Below are positions 20,968-30,859 of a stretch of DNA of 64,000 bases, one piece after another. Source of the DNA: Bacteroidota bacterium (GTDB lineage: Bacteria > Bacteroidota > Bacteroidia > JAADEI01). The notes beneath the pieces are model-generated. The model was not told where the DNA came from. It made no database searches and was given only the letters and a program-made list of their open reading frames with translations. Within the stretch, counting starts at the first letter, position 1, and the number at the start of each line of letters is the position of its first letter. The stretch is from assembly GCA_026992635.1 (NCBI GenBank), contig JALWYU010000040.1, positions 1,920 through 65,919 on the forward strand. The letters are read 5' to 3'. Position numbers and translations under genes: made by a program.

Positions 20968-22889
20968 TGGCAACACCCGAAGCCATCCTCCGCCGATACT
21001 GGAATTACCCCAACTTCCGACCAGGACAGCGCGAAGTCATAGAAGCAATCCTGGCAGGCAAAGACGTCCTGGCAATTTTCCCAACAGGCTATGGCAAGTC
21101 GCTCTGCTACCAGATACCAGGCTTACTACAGCCCGGCATCGTACTGGTCATCTCACCATTAATTGCCCTGATGGACGACCAGGTTCGCCGCCTGACTACT
21201 AAGCAAATCCCAGCCGTCGCCATCCACCAGGGAGTTCCGCGCAGGCGCCAGCACCTACTCTGGCAGGAAATCCTTCAGGGTAAGTACCGTTTCGTGTTTC
21301 TTTCACCAGAGCGCTTACTCCTGCCCAGAACCCAAACACTGCTACAACAGCTCAAGCCTTCCTTCCTGGTCATCGACGAAGCACACTGCATTGTGGAGTG
21401 GGGCGAATCCTTCCGTCCTTCATATCGGGCAATCGGGGCTTTGCGTACAAATTGGTTCTGGCGCAACATACCTTTCCTGGCATTGACGGCAACAGCAACC
21501 CGCGAAGTAGAACGACACATTATTGAGAACCTCCACTTTCGCCCGGGCTATCAGGTGATTCGCCTGCCCGTCCGCCGAAATAACCTCATCTTAGACGTAC
21601 AGATTCACGCACGGTGGCGCGAACGCGTCCTGTCCGTCTTAGACTGGAGCCAAGCCCGTGGCGTGGCAATCGTATACGTTCGGCGACGACGACACGCTGA
21701 AACTTTTGCACGATGGCTCTCAAGAATGAAGTTGCCTGCCTTGGCGTATCATGCAGGATTGCCTGTGGCTGTCCGCCGCGAACGCGAGCAGCGCTGGTTC
21801 CAGGAAGATGTACGCATCTTAGTGGCAACCACTGCATTCGGAATGGGCATTGACAAGCCCAACGTCCGTGCCGTCGTGCACATTGACTTGCCCGAGTCCC
21901 TGGATGAATACGTTCAGGAAGTAGGACGCGCCGGTAGAGATGGACAGCTTTCCTGGGGAGTCCTGGCACTCGCCCCCGACGAATTCAAAGCCCAGGTCCA
22001 ACAGTGGCAAGCCAGCTTCCCCGACACCGTACAACTGCAGGAAGTACTGAAGCATCTTTACATGCAGGCAGGCATTCCCTATGGATCAGGCGCCGGACGA
22101 ACCCTCATCCTTGCTCCAGAACAACTTGAACGACTACCACTGCAAGGCGTGCGGTTACTGCGTGCCCTGAACATCCTGCAAAGTCTGGGATGGCTCACCT
22201 GCGACTGGGATGTCCATCAGCCAGGCGAACTGGCTGTGAACACATCGCCCCAGGCACTCTATCGCTTCCGCGTAGAACACCCCGAATGGGACCGCTTCCT
22301 CCATCAACTGTTGCGCGTGGTACCCGAAATCCTGGAAGGACCTCAGCCCATCCGCGAAGCCTCACTCAGCACACTCCTGGGAACCAATACAGAAGACCTG
22401 AGCCGACGCTTGCAAGCCCTTGCACGCCTGGGTATCCTCCAATATCGGAAGAGCCAATCCGGCGTACTCATCCAGTTCCTGCGCGACCGACCCGACCAGG
22501 ACCGCTACCTCCTGCCTATCCACGAAATCCAGCAACGCTACGCATTTTTACACCGGCGTTTTCAGGGAGTCTTACGCTATCTGGCTAGTGGACGCGTTTC
22601 CCCCGCCTGCCGAATCCAGCGCATTGAAGAATACTTTGGCGAGCAAAGCAAACCCTGTGGACAATGCGACCTGTGTCGCCAGCGCAAGCACTTAGCACAA
22701 AGTGCGCTCCGGTTGAAACCACGTATCCAGGCACTACTACAGCAACGTCCGCAAACCGCAGTGGAACTCGCCAGCCAACTCCGCATCGCCAACTTATCCT
22801 ATCTGATTGGCATTCTTCGTTACCTTGCCAGTAAAGGCTACCTGCAGCAAAAGGAGGAGCAATGGCACTGGGTGCATACCACCACCTGA
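20967..22889 (+). CDS. recQ: RecQ-family ATP-dependent DNA helicase
   Basis: FRPGQREVIEAIL, FPTGYGKSLCYQIP, VIDEAHCIVEWGESFRPSY (DEAH), ALTATAT, VATTAFGMGIDKPNVR and QEVGRAGRDG are present, followed by the C-terminal zinc motif CGQCDLC. Confidence 0.9.
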   Translation: MATPEAILRRYWNYPNFRPGQREVIEAILAGKDVLAIFPTGYGKSLCYQIPGLLQPGIVLVISPLIALMDDQVRRLTTKQIPAVAIHQGVPRRRQHLLWQEILQGKYRFVFLSPERLLLPRTQTLLQQLKPSFLVIDEAHCIVEWGESFRPSYRAIGALRTNWFWRNIPFLALTATATREVERHIIENLHFRPGYQVIRLPVRRNNLILDVQIHARWRERVLSVLDWSQARGVAIVYVRRRRHAETFARWLSRMKLPALAYHAGLPVAVRREREQRWFQEDVRILVATTAFGMGIDKPNVRAVVHIDLPESLDEYVQEVGRAGRDGQLSWGVLALAPDEFKAQVQQWQASFPDTVQLQEVLKHLYMQAGIPYGSGAGRTLILAPEQLERLPLQGVRLLRALNILQSLGWLTCDWDVHQPGELAVNTSPQALYRFRVEHPEWDRFLHQLLRVVPEILEGPQPIREASLSTLLGTNTEDLSRRLQALARLGILQYRKSQSGVLIQFLRDRPDQDRYLLPIHEIQQRYAFLHRRFQGVLRYLASGRVSPACRIQRIEEYFGEQSKPCGQCDLCRQRKHLAQSALRLKPRIQALLQQRPQTAVELASQLRIANLSYLIGILRYLASKGYLQQKEEQWHWVHTTT

Positions 22890-24676
22890 AATACTCCTGC
22901 ACCCAACCCTGTACTCCAGATGCCCAAACCCAAAGCATAAGCAGAGCACGCCCACCCGCCTGGCAAACTCTATTCCTGCTTCTGGCGAGTATCCCAATCC
23001 TGCTGAGCCAACCCGTAAGACGCGTCGGACCTATCGCCGGAGCCGTAACCGATACAAGCCTCACATTACTGTGGATGGGTCCACCCACAGACACCTACCA
23101 AATTCGCTATGCCACCCTCGGCAATCCCTTGCAAACGCAATGGGTAGTGGCAGATACCTGGGGCGTCGCACGAATCACCCTGACTGGCTTCCCACCACGC
23201 TCCCACGTCTTCTACCAGATTTTCTTCCGCGATACATTGTGGGTTCAGGACACTGTCCGAACCTTCCCGCCAGATGGCACACCCACCTACGTACGCCTTG
23301 CCTTCGGCTCATGCCTCGCACTCCATGACTCAGCCTTCCTCCAGCTGATCACGACACGCTTCCGACCCGACCTCTTCGTGTTCCTCGGCGACTGGACCTA
23401 CCCCGATAACCGATTCGGCGCACTCCCCGACTCCTCTTTCTTCGCCGATTCCCCAGCCCTGATCCGACAGGTCTACGAATACCGATACTGGTTCCCACTT
23501 CCACCCGACTCCGGGAAAACCTACCGGCACTTCCTCCGAAAAATCCCCATCGCCTACATCTGGGACGACCACGACTACATCGCAACGGACGCCACCAACC
23601 GTTGGGCAATCCACTACAACTACCAGCAGGAAACCGCTACACCTATACCCATCCCACTCCACGTCCAGCGCCAGGCACTCTGGGGATACCAGCACTTCTT
23701 CCCACACTATCCCATGCCCATTGACACTTGCATCTATCAGAAAATCAGCATAGGTCCCGTAGACCTCTTCCTCTTGGACACACGCGCATGCCGCACCTCC
23801 ACACACCTGGCATTCTACCAGGACACCCTCACCGGACTCTGGCAATTCCAGGAACCCCCATTCCATACACTCTTGGGCTCCGAACAGCGCGCACGCTTCT
23901 TCCAGGACTTGCTCACCTCCTCAGCACCATGGAAAATCATCGCTTCCTCTATCGTATTTGCCCCACGCATCCACAACTTGATCCTGTCCGCACTCAACTG
24001 GCAGGTACTCCTCGGCGATTCCGCCTACCTCTTAGCACTGGGTATGGCAGACTCCTGGGGAGGATACCCATCAGAAACTCAGCTCTTCCTGGATTTCCTC
24101 ACACAGGCAAACATCCAGAACGTCATCATGGTGACCGGCGACATCCACACCGGCGTAATGGACACCGCACAATACGCACCTATCCCCGAGCTGGTCGCCA
24201 GCCCCCTCGGCCAGTTCCCCTCTTCCCTGGGCACTTTAGCAGACTCCCTGGGCGTACCTCTCTGGAGCCTCGGACAGGGTATCACCTTCCCCGACGACTC
24301 CTCCTCCAACTTCGGCTGGATAGAAGTATTTGGCAACGACTCCCTGCGCATGTGCCTCTTTACAGTGCGCGGCATAGAAATCGCCTGCTGGACAATGCGC
24401 AACCAATTGACACCAGCAACCACGAAACCCAACCTGCAAACCCCCCAATCCTCCTGTCAGATTCTCTATTCGTCGCACTCAGGCACACCCCTCCTGATAT
24501 GCCCAACCCCCACTCACTACGAACTCTGGACCATTGAAGGCAAACGAATCACAACCGGGAACTGTACAGGGTGGTGTCCACTCGCCACACCACCCCACGC
24601 CCCACCCCACTCAGGAATCTATCTTCTTCACCTGCCTAACACCAGCCAGTGGATGAAAATCGTTGCGCCACACTGA
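22862..24676 (+). CDS. PhoD-like phosphatase (metallophosphatase) with probable T9SS type-A C-terminal domain
   Basis: GPIAGAVTDTSLTLLW is PhoD_N-like. FGSCL, FVFLGDWTYPDN and IWDDHDY are present. The C-terminus ...YELWTIEGKRI...SGIYLLHLPNTSQWMKIV is CTD-like. Confidence 0.72.
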   Translation: MALGAYHHLKYSCTQPCTPDAQTQSISRARPPAWQTLFLLLASIPILLSQPVRRVGPIAGAVTDTSLTLLWMGPPTDTYQIRYATLGNPLQTQWVVADTWGVARITLTGFPPRSHVFYQIFFRDTLWVQDTVRTFPPDGTPTYVRLAFGSCLALHDSAFLQLITTRFRPDLFVFLGDWTYPDNRFGALPDSSFFADSPALIRQVYEYRYWFPLPPDSGKTYRHFLRKIPIAYIWDDHDYIATDATNRWAIHYNYQQETATPIPIPLHVQRQALWGYQHFFPHYPMPIDTCIYQKISIGPVDLFLLDTRACRTSTHLAFYQDTLTGLWQFQEPPFHTLLGSEQRARFFQDLLTSSAPWKIIASSIVFAPRIHNLILSALNWQVLLGDSAYLLALGMADSWGGYPSETQLFLDFLTQANIQNVIMVTGDIHTGVMDTAQYAPIPELVASPLGQFPSSLGTLADSLGVPLWSLGQGITFPDDSSSNFGWIEVFGNDSLRMCLFTVRGIEIACWTMRNQLTPATTKPNLQTPQSSCQILYSSHSGTPLLICPTPTHYELWTIEGKRITTGNCTGWCPLATPPHAPPHSGIYLLHLPNTSQWMKIVAPH

Positions 24677-24677
24677 A

Positions 24678-26171
24678 ATGGGCAAGGCATCACCGACAAT
24701 CCCCCACACCCTGCACACACGCTGGCAAAAATTATTTGACAATTCCACGGAATTTGAGGCGTTCCTCCATGCACTGAATGCAAAACCCTACGTCGCCATC
24801 CGACTACACCCCTGGAAAGCATCCGCCGCCCACCTGACTCCTGAACAAATTGCAAAGAAGGGCTTCACACAACCGGTACCCTGGCACCCCCGCGCACATC
24901 TCCTGACACCCACTGCCAGCCCACCCGAATTCTGGCAGGACCCACTCTGGTTCGCCGGCGCTTACCACGTCCAGGAACCCGCCGGATTAATCCTCACATG
25001 GGTCATCCACCACCTCCTGAATCAACACACCACCATACACAAGCCACTGTTGCTCTGCGACCTGTGCGCTTCACCCGGTGGAAAAACCCTCCAGCTGGCG
25101 GACTTCCTCCTCGGCAGAGAAGGTGCAATCCTATCAATAGAATGGTCGGGCAAACGAATCCGTGCACTCCAGGAAAACCTGCTCCGGTGGAGCACACCCG
25201 ACGTCATCGCACTCCACCTGCCCGGCGAAAAAGTTACCTGCCTCCCCCCAGTATTTGACCTGGTCATCGTAGACGCACCCTGCTCCGGCGAAGGCTACCT
25301 GCGCAAATCACGAGAACCCCTCCGCAGCTGGTCCCCAAAACGAATCACCTACTTCCAGCGAATCCAGCAACGCCTCATCCACGCCGCCATCCAGATCCTC
25401 CGACCCGGCGGGTACCTCATCTACTCCACATGCACCTGGACACCCGAAGAAAACGAACTCAACCTCCAGTGGGCACACAACACCTTTCCAGATCTGGAAC
25501 CCATCACACTGCCGCTCCCACAAAACTGGCACTGGACACACGGACCCACCACCTGGAACAATCAACCCCTCACCATCCATACCTACCGGTGCTACCCGCA
25601 CCAGTGTAAAGGCGAAGGCTTCGTATTTGGCGTATTGCGCAAGCGCCCATCACCAGCCAAAGCCAGACAAACCACTTCCCCAAACGTACGCACACACGAA
25701 TCACCACCGCCTTCTTTCCCAAAAAGCCTGCTCCCCTACTTGGAACAGCATCTCTGCCTCTGGGGGAAAGCCACACCGGGCACCTGGCTCTTACACGCTC
25801 ACACCCACTGGTTCGTCTCACAACCCGCTGCACACCTCTACGAATGGATTCACGCCTGTGGATGGGACGCACAAATTGTCTGGGCTGGCATACCCGTGTG
25901 GGAATACGACAAGCGCCTGCACCCGGGCTTCGCACTCGCCTGCCTCTGGCACGGCGCCCTAACACTCACCTCTACCCGGGATGCCCTTACCTTCCTGCGC
26001 AACGCCTGGCAGGGCAAACCCACACAACCCTGGATTACCATAGGCACCAGCCAGTGGCAACCCGTCGTCTACCAGAACCTGGGACTGGGATGGGTGCGTA
26101 CCAACCCCTCCGGACAAACAAAAACCTACGTCTCACCACTGATCCGACTGCGACGAACCACAAAACTGTAG
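24678..26171 (+). CDS. RsmB/RsmF (NOL1/NOP2/Sun) family RNA cytosine-C5 methyltransferase
   Basis: DLCASPGGKT, VDAPCSGEG and LIYSTCTWTPEENE are present. The ATG at 24678 lies just after the upstream stop. Confidence 0.85.
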   Translation: MGKASPTIPHTLHTRWQKLFDNSTEFEAFLHALNAKPYVAIRLHPWKASAAHLTPEQIAKKGFTQPVPWHPRAHLLTPTASPPEFWQDPLWFAGAYHVQEPAGLILTWVIHHLLNQHTTIHKPLLLCDLCASPGGKTLQLADFLLGREGAILSIEWSGKRIRALQENLLRWSTPDVIALHLPGEKVTCLPPVFDLVIVDAPCSGEGYLRKSREPLRSWSPKRITYFQRIQQRLIHAAIQILRPGGYLIYSTCTWTPEENELNLQWAHNTFPDLEPITLPLPQNWHWTHGPTTWNNQPLTIHTYRCYPHQCKGEGFVFGVLRKRPSPAKARQTTSPNVRTHESPPPSFPKSLLPYLEQHLCLWGKATPGTWLLHAHTHWFVSQPAAHLYEWIHACGWDAQIVWAGIPVWEYDKRLHPGFALACLWHGALTLTSTRDALTFLRNAWQGKPTQPWITIGTSQWQPVVYQNLGLGWVRTNPSGQTKTYVSPLIRLRRTTKL

Positions 26172-26417
26172 TTCAAACTCCAGTATCCTTCAGGCTGACA
26201 GAATAATACGCATGCCACACAAATCATTACGGCGGTGATCAAAAACAACTTTGCCTTCACACATATCAATGGAATACAATGCCTTTTGTGCTCTACCCGT
26301 TCGCTACGCCAGAAAATTTTCCGGAGACATCTTGACATTCCCGAAACTGCATAACTTGTCTACAAAGGCTCTACCAGATCAACAGCAGGCAAGCCAACAT
26401 CCTAAACGGCAATCAAC

Positions 26418-28250
26418 ATGAAGACAGACAGTTGTGAACAAGCGCACCCAGGCACTGAACATTTAACCAGCAATGCACGCTCCCGATGGTCCCCTCTCCT
26501 CACCTGCTGCCTCCTGACACTGACCCTACCAATCCTCGCACAAAACGTCGGCATCGGAACCACAAACCCCGAACCCACAGCTCGCTTAGACATCTGGGAC
26601 ACCACCCGAGGACTCCTCATTCCCCGTCTCACCACACAGCAACGCGATGCGATCCAGAACCCCGCCCACACACTCATCATCTTCAACATTGACTCTTTTT
26701 GCTTAGAAGTCTACGACACGCTCACTCAGCAATGGTACACCATCTCCTGCCCAAGACTGTGCCAGCCACCCTCCTGCACGCCCACCATCTCCGGACCCTC
26801 CTTCGCCTGCACCAGCGACACCACCACCTACATCGCTTCCGGCTGCCCAAACACCACCTACCAGTGGACAGTCCCACCCAACTGGACCATCCTCTCCGGA
26901 CAGGGCTCTGACACCCTGCGCGTCATTCCCGACACCACCGATGGAATTGTCTCCGCCAAACCCTGCAACCAGTGCGGATGCGCCAACGCCACCTCTATCT
27001 CCGTCTCCGCCGACTCATGCAACGCTTTTTGCCTCGCCATCGGCGGAGCGAATACCGATTGGGGCAGGTCAATCATCCAGACTGCAGATGGTGGCTTTGC
27101 CATCACTGGGTACACCAACTCCTTCGGCGCAGGTGGTTGGGACATCTACGTAATAAAACTGGACGCGCAGGGCAACCTGCAATGGACCAAAACAATCGGG
27201 GGACCAAATGACGAATACGGTTACTCCATCATTCAGACCACGGATGGCGGATATGCCATCGCTGGATTTACCAACTCCTTCGGCGCAGGCAACTTCGATG
27301 TCTACGTGGTGAAACTGGATGCTCAGGGCAATCTCCAGTGGACCAGAACTATCGGCGGAGCAAGTAGTGATGGCGGGTGGGACATCATCCAGACCAGCGA
27401 TGGAGGCTATGCCATCACTGGGTATAATTCTTTTGACGCATATGTGGTAAAACTGGATGCTCAGGGCAACCTCCAGTGGACCAGAACCATCGGTGGAGCA
27501 AGTGCCGAGAGAGGCAGGTCTATCATTCAAACCAGCGACGGAGGTTACGCCATCACGGGATATACCGGATCCTTCGGAGCAGGCGTTTATGATGTCTACG
27601 TGGTGAAACTGGACGCCAACGGCAACCTCCAGTGGACCAGAACCATCGGCGGAACCAGTAGCGATTATGGTATTTCCATCATTCAGACCACCGATGGTGG
27701 CTATGCCATCGCCGGATATACTCAATCATTTGGGGCTGGCAACAATGACGTCTATGTAATCAAACTGAATTCCTCAGGCAACGTGCAGTGGACCAAAACT
27801 ATCGGCGGAACAAACCTGGACGACGGCTACTCCATCCTTCAAACCACTGATGGTGGCTATATCATCGCTGGCTCTACTGTTTCCTTTGGCGCGGGCAACG
27901 GAGATATCTACGTGGTCAAACTGGACGCTCAAGGCAATCTCCAGTGGACCAAAACCATCGGCGGAACGAATAGCGAGCGGGGCGCTTCTATTACCCAGAC
28001 CACAGATGGAGGATATGCCATCACGGGATATACCCTCTCTTTTGGTGTTGGCGGTAGCGACGTCTACGTAGTCAAACTGGACGCCCAGGGCAACCTGATC
28101 AATTGCCCCAGCGGATGCCAAATCGGATCCGGCGGAACCGTCAACACAGGCGGATTCGCCAGCTCAGGCGGAACCACCAGCTCAGGCGGAACCATCGGAT
28201 CCGGCGGAACCACCAGCTCCGGCGGAACGCTGACCAACATCTGCCCCTAA
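26418..28250 (+). CDS. secreted repeat protein: N-terminal QNVGIGTTNP module, Cys-rich PKD-like segment, 7 beta-propeller-type repeats, Gly/Ser tail
   Basis: Signal peptide ...LLTLTLPILAQ. Repeat consensus IGGxxxDxGxSIIQTxDGGYAIxGYTxSFGAGxxDVYVVKLDAQGNLQWTxT occurs 7 times. The tail is SGGTTSSGGTIGSGGTTSSGGT. Confidence 0.8.
   Translation: MKTDSCEQAHPGTEHLTSNARSRWSPLLTCCLLTLTLPILAQNVGIGTTNPEPTARLDIWDTTRGLLIPRLTTQQRDAIQNPAHTLIIFNIDSFCLEVYDTLTQQWYTISCPRLCQPPSCTPTISGPSFACTSDTTTYIASGCPNTTYQWTVPPNWTILSGQGSDTLRVIPDTTDGIVSAKPCNQCGCANATSISVSADSCNAFCLAIGGANTDWGRSIIQTADGGFAITGYTNSFGAGGWDIYVIKLDAQGNLQWTKTIGGPNDEYGYSIIQTTDGGYAIAGFTNSFGAGNFDVYVVKLDAQGNLQWTRTIGGASSDGGWDIIQTSDGGYAITGYNSFDAYVVKLDAQGNLQWTRTIGGASAERGRSIIQTSDGGYAITGYTGSFGAGVYDVYVVKLDANGNLQWTRTIGGTSSDYGISIIQTTDGGYAIAGYTQSFGAGNNDVYVIKLNSSGNVQWTKTIGGTNLDDGYSILQTTDGGYIIAGSTVSFGAGNGDIYVVKLDAQGNLQWTKTIGGTNSERGASITQTTDGGYAITGYTLSFGVGGSDVYVVKLDAQGNLINCPSGCQIGSGGTVNTGGFASSGGTTSSGGTIGSGGTTSSGGTLTNICP
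27039..28103 (+). repeat. seven tandem intragenic repeats of about 141-156 bp (46-52 aa each)
   Basis: The repeats are nearly identical at the protein level. The block VKLDAQGNLQWT(K/R)TIGG recurs at regular spacing. Confidence 0.9.
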
Positions 28251-28780
28251 CCACCCCAAAACCACCAGCCCCACAACCTCAGAACAAACAATATGGCAAA
28301 TTCACCGCACACCCCTTCCAAACAGAAGTAATATGGCTCATTGACAGGTTCAAAGCCAGCCGACTGGCTCCTGCCATCCCTCATCCTATTAAGCCCCAAA
28401 GAACAACGCAGCAACCATCAGACCAGACGAGCAAACCTTCGCCTCCGTGGAAAAAGCCCTACCGCTAAAGAACGAAAAAACACCCTCGTCCAGAAACTTT
28501 GCAACCCGATCCTCCAGCCAGGAAAAAAACGCAACAACACCGCACCAGAAAAGAATAAAGAACGGGCTTCCACTCCAAACTGGCGACCTCCCCCCCCATC
28601 CAGAAAGCAACTCTCCCCTGCAAAGCACATTCCTTACCCAGCCAACAACCCAATCTCCCTACCAGACGTGCATCTTTCCCCAATGGATTCACCAACCCTC
28701 TCCACCCCAATGGCAAGCTCACCCCCAAATGCCCAATTGCCCCACACCTTATCCCAAGCCAACTCACACCCCCCCTGCCC

Positions 28781-30283
28781 TCACGGAGCCGACGCAAAGC
28801 TCGCCACCAGCTCCCGGAAAAAACTATCATGATCCGCACGAATCCCTCCATGCTGCTGCCGGCTGAACAACCGCTCCAGCTGCACACACGCATGAACCAC
28901 ATGCTGACGACGATGACCACCTTCCGCCTCCGACAAAACACGCAAAATGGACTGGCATTCGTCTACAAACAACAACGGCTCCTTCTTCTGATGGAAAAGA
29001 TGAAACAGGCGCTCCTGATAACTGCGCGCCTGAACACCCAAACCCAGATACCACGACACCAAAATCCCCGTGATACACGTCATCACCACCTGATTGTACG
29101 TCAAATACTGTAAATACGGCTTGATTCGCTCAATATAGTGAATCGCCTCTTCCCACCGGTGATGCTTCACAGCCAGAATCATCCGCCAGCAAAGCAAATT
29201 CCCAAGCATCTGCTGGACAGACGTATCCCCCACCTCCCCACTGAGCCGACGATACAAAACCCTGTACAGGGCACGGGCACGTCCCTCCTCACCCAGCAAC
29301 ACATAAAGAATGAATTCCAGAATCGCAAAATGCAGCGCATATTCACTGAACTTGCTCGTAGTCATAATGCGCTGGGCTTCCTGAATCGTCTTCTGGGCAC
29401 GCACCAGGTCCTTCATCCGAAAGTAAATGTTCGTCTGATCCGCCAAAGTCACCAACCACGCCCGTATCCACAAATTCCGAGTCTGCTTAAAATCACTGTA
29501 GGCAAACCGACTGCGTACAAACTGCAACTTTTCTTCAATGAGCTGCAACGCCTCTTCATATTGCCGCTTCACATACAGCCAGCGTACACGTAGCGTCATC
29601 AAGCGCAAATACAACCAGGGCACCTCCCGACCTACACACACCGCATCCACACGTCCATAATCCGCAAACAAACGCGTGCACAAATCAAGCCAGACACGCC
29701 AAACCTCACAACTGCGCGGCGTCCAGGGAAAACCCCAACGATCCAGCAAAAAAAGAAACAACCGGTGCGCAAGATTCTGACCACTGTGCAACTTACCATA
29801 GAGCATCCACCGATCTATCGCCCCTTCTTCTAAGAACAGGTCATCCGGATACGAACTGGTAGACTCCCAGTAATACAACCACAGAAACGGATCACCCACC
29901 TCACTGAGAAACCGCTCCGACTTGGACACACGAATCAACGTCGCATCCTGAAAACCCATTCGGCGCAACCCAATGATCGTCAGCAACTTCCACAAAAGAA
30001 AACCCCATTCATTTTCTCTCGCTTCCCACGCAATAAAATCCAACAGCGCATTCTTCAATCGGTGCAACGCCACGGGATCCGAAACACCACGACCCCTGCC
30101 CGACGACCGTCGCACCTGCCTGACCAGCACATTTAACTTATGATGACGACCCTGATACCGACGAACAAACACCGAAAACTTACGCAACCAGCCCGAACTC
30201 ACCTTCCGAACAATCCGACCAACAATGTACGCATTGATGGCTGCCCGACCCATCCTCGCCAGTTTCCCAACCCAAACCACCAC
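28781..30283 (-). CDS. hypothetical all-helical (TPR-like) protein
   Basis: 500-codon ORF with helical-repeat-like sequence. No catalytic motif was recognised. Start is GTG at 30283 or ATG at 30253. Confidence 0.55.
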   Translation of the reverse strand: MVVWVGKLARMGRAAINAYIVGRIVRKVSSGWLRKFSVFVRRYQGRHHKLNVLVRQVRRSSGRGRGVSDPVALHRLKNALLDFIAWEARENEWGFLLWKLLTIIGLRRMGFQDATLIRVSKSERFLSEVGDPFLWLYYWESTSSYPDDLFLEEGAIDRWMLYGKLHSGQNLAHRLFLFLLDRWGFPWTPRSCEVWRVWLDLCTRLFADYGRVDAVCVGREVPWLYLRLMTLRVRWLYVKRQYEEALQLIEEKLQFVRSRFAYSDFKQTRNLWIRAWLVTLADQTNIYFRMKDLVRAQKTIQEAQRIMTTSKFSEYALHFAILEFILYVLLGEEGRARALYRVLYRRLSGEVGDTSVQQMLGNLLCWRMILAVKHHRWEEAIHYIERIKPYLQYLTYNQVVMTCITGILVSWYLGLGVQARSYQERLFHLFHQKKEPLLFVDECQSILRVLSEAEGGHRRQHVVHACVQLERLFSRQQHGGIRADHDSFFRELVASFASAP

Positions 30284-30859
30284 TTCCCCACAGCCCCCAC
30301 ATAGAATCTACAGCGCTTTTGCCCAAACACCCAAACTACCTCCTAAACCCCACACAGCCATATAAACGGCTTGAAAACTGAAAAATATGCAAACCCACAC
30401 ATCCCTGAACATCCTCCCGCTCCAACACAAAATCAGAAATTAATCCGACAGTCAAACAAAGTTCAAACCTGCCAATACTGCCAAAATCCACACTCCAAAC
30501 AAGAAAAATTTTCCTTGCCATAGTGCTCAGCCGCTCTATTGGCAGTATACGCCTCTCTCCAATTTTGTGAATGCTTACGCTTGATTGTCATTCATTCGTT
30601 CCTCCACTCCGCCACCCTTTCGCGAGCCACAGCCGCCACACAACAATGCCATCTCCAAAAACTGATAAGCCTGTGACACACTGCGCAATCCAAAAATATA
30701 CTCACCACCTTCGCCTACGAACTCAACCTCGGACAACTCCGTCGCGACATCGGAACAACCGGCGCCTGGGAAACCTTCCTAGAAGGCGGATACCCACCTT
30801 CAACAACCGTACATAAAGCGTCTACACCCTGCCCCCGATTCTAAAACGATTCGCCCCCT

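Noticed and set aside
27069-28121. Minus-strand ORFs (218 and 115 aa) inside the propeller-repeat gene
   Set aside because: They are antisense shadows of a repetitive + strand gene. They are themselves repetitive, with no independent motifs.
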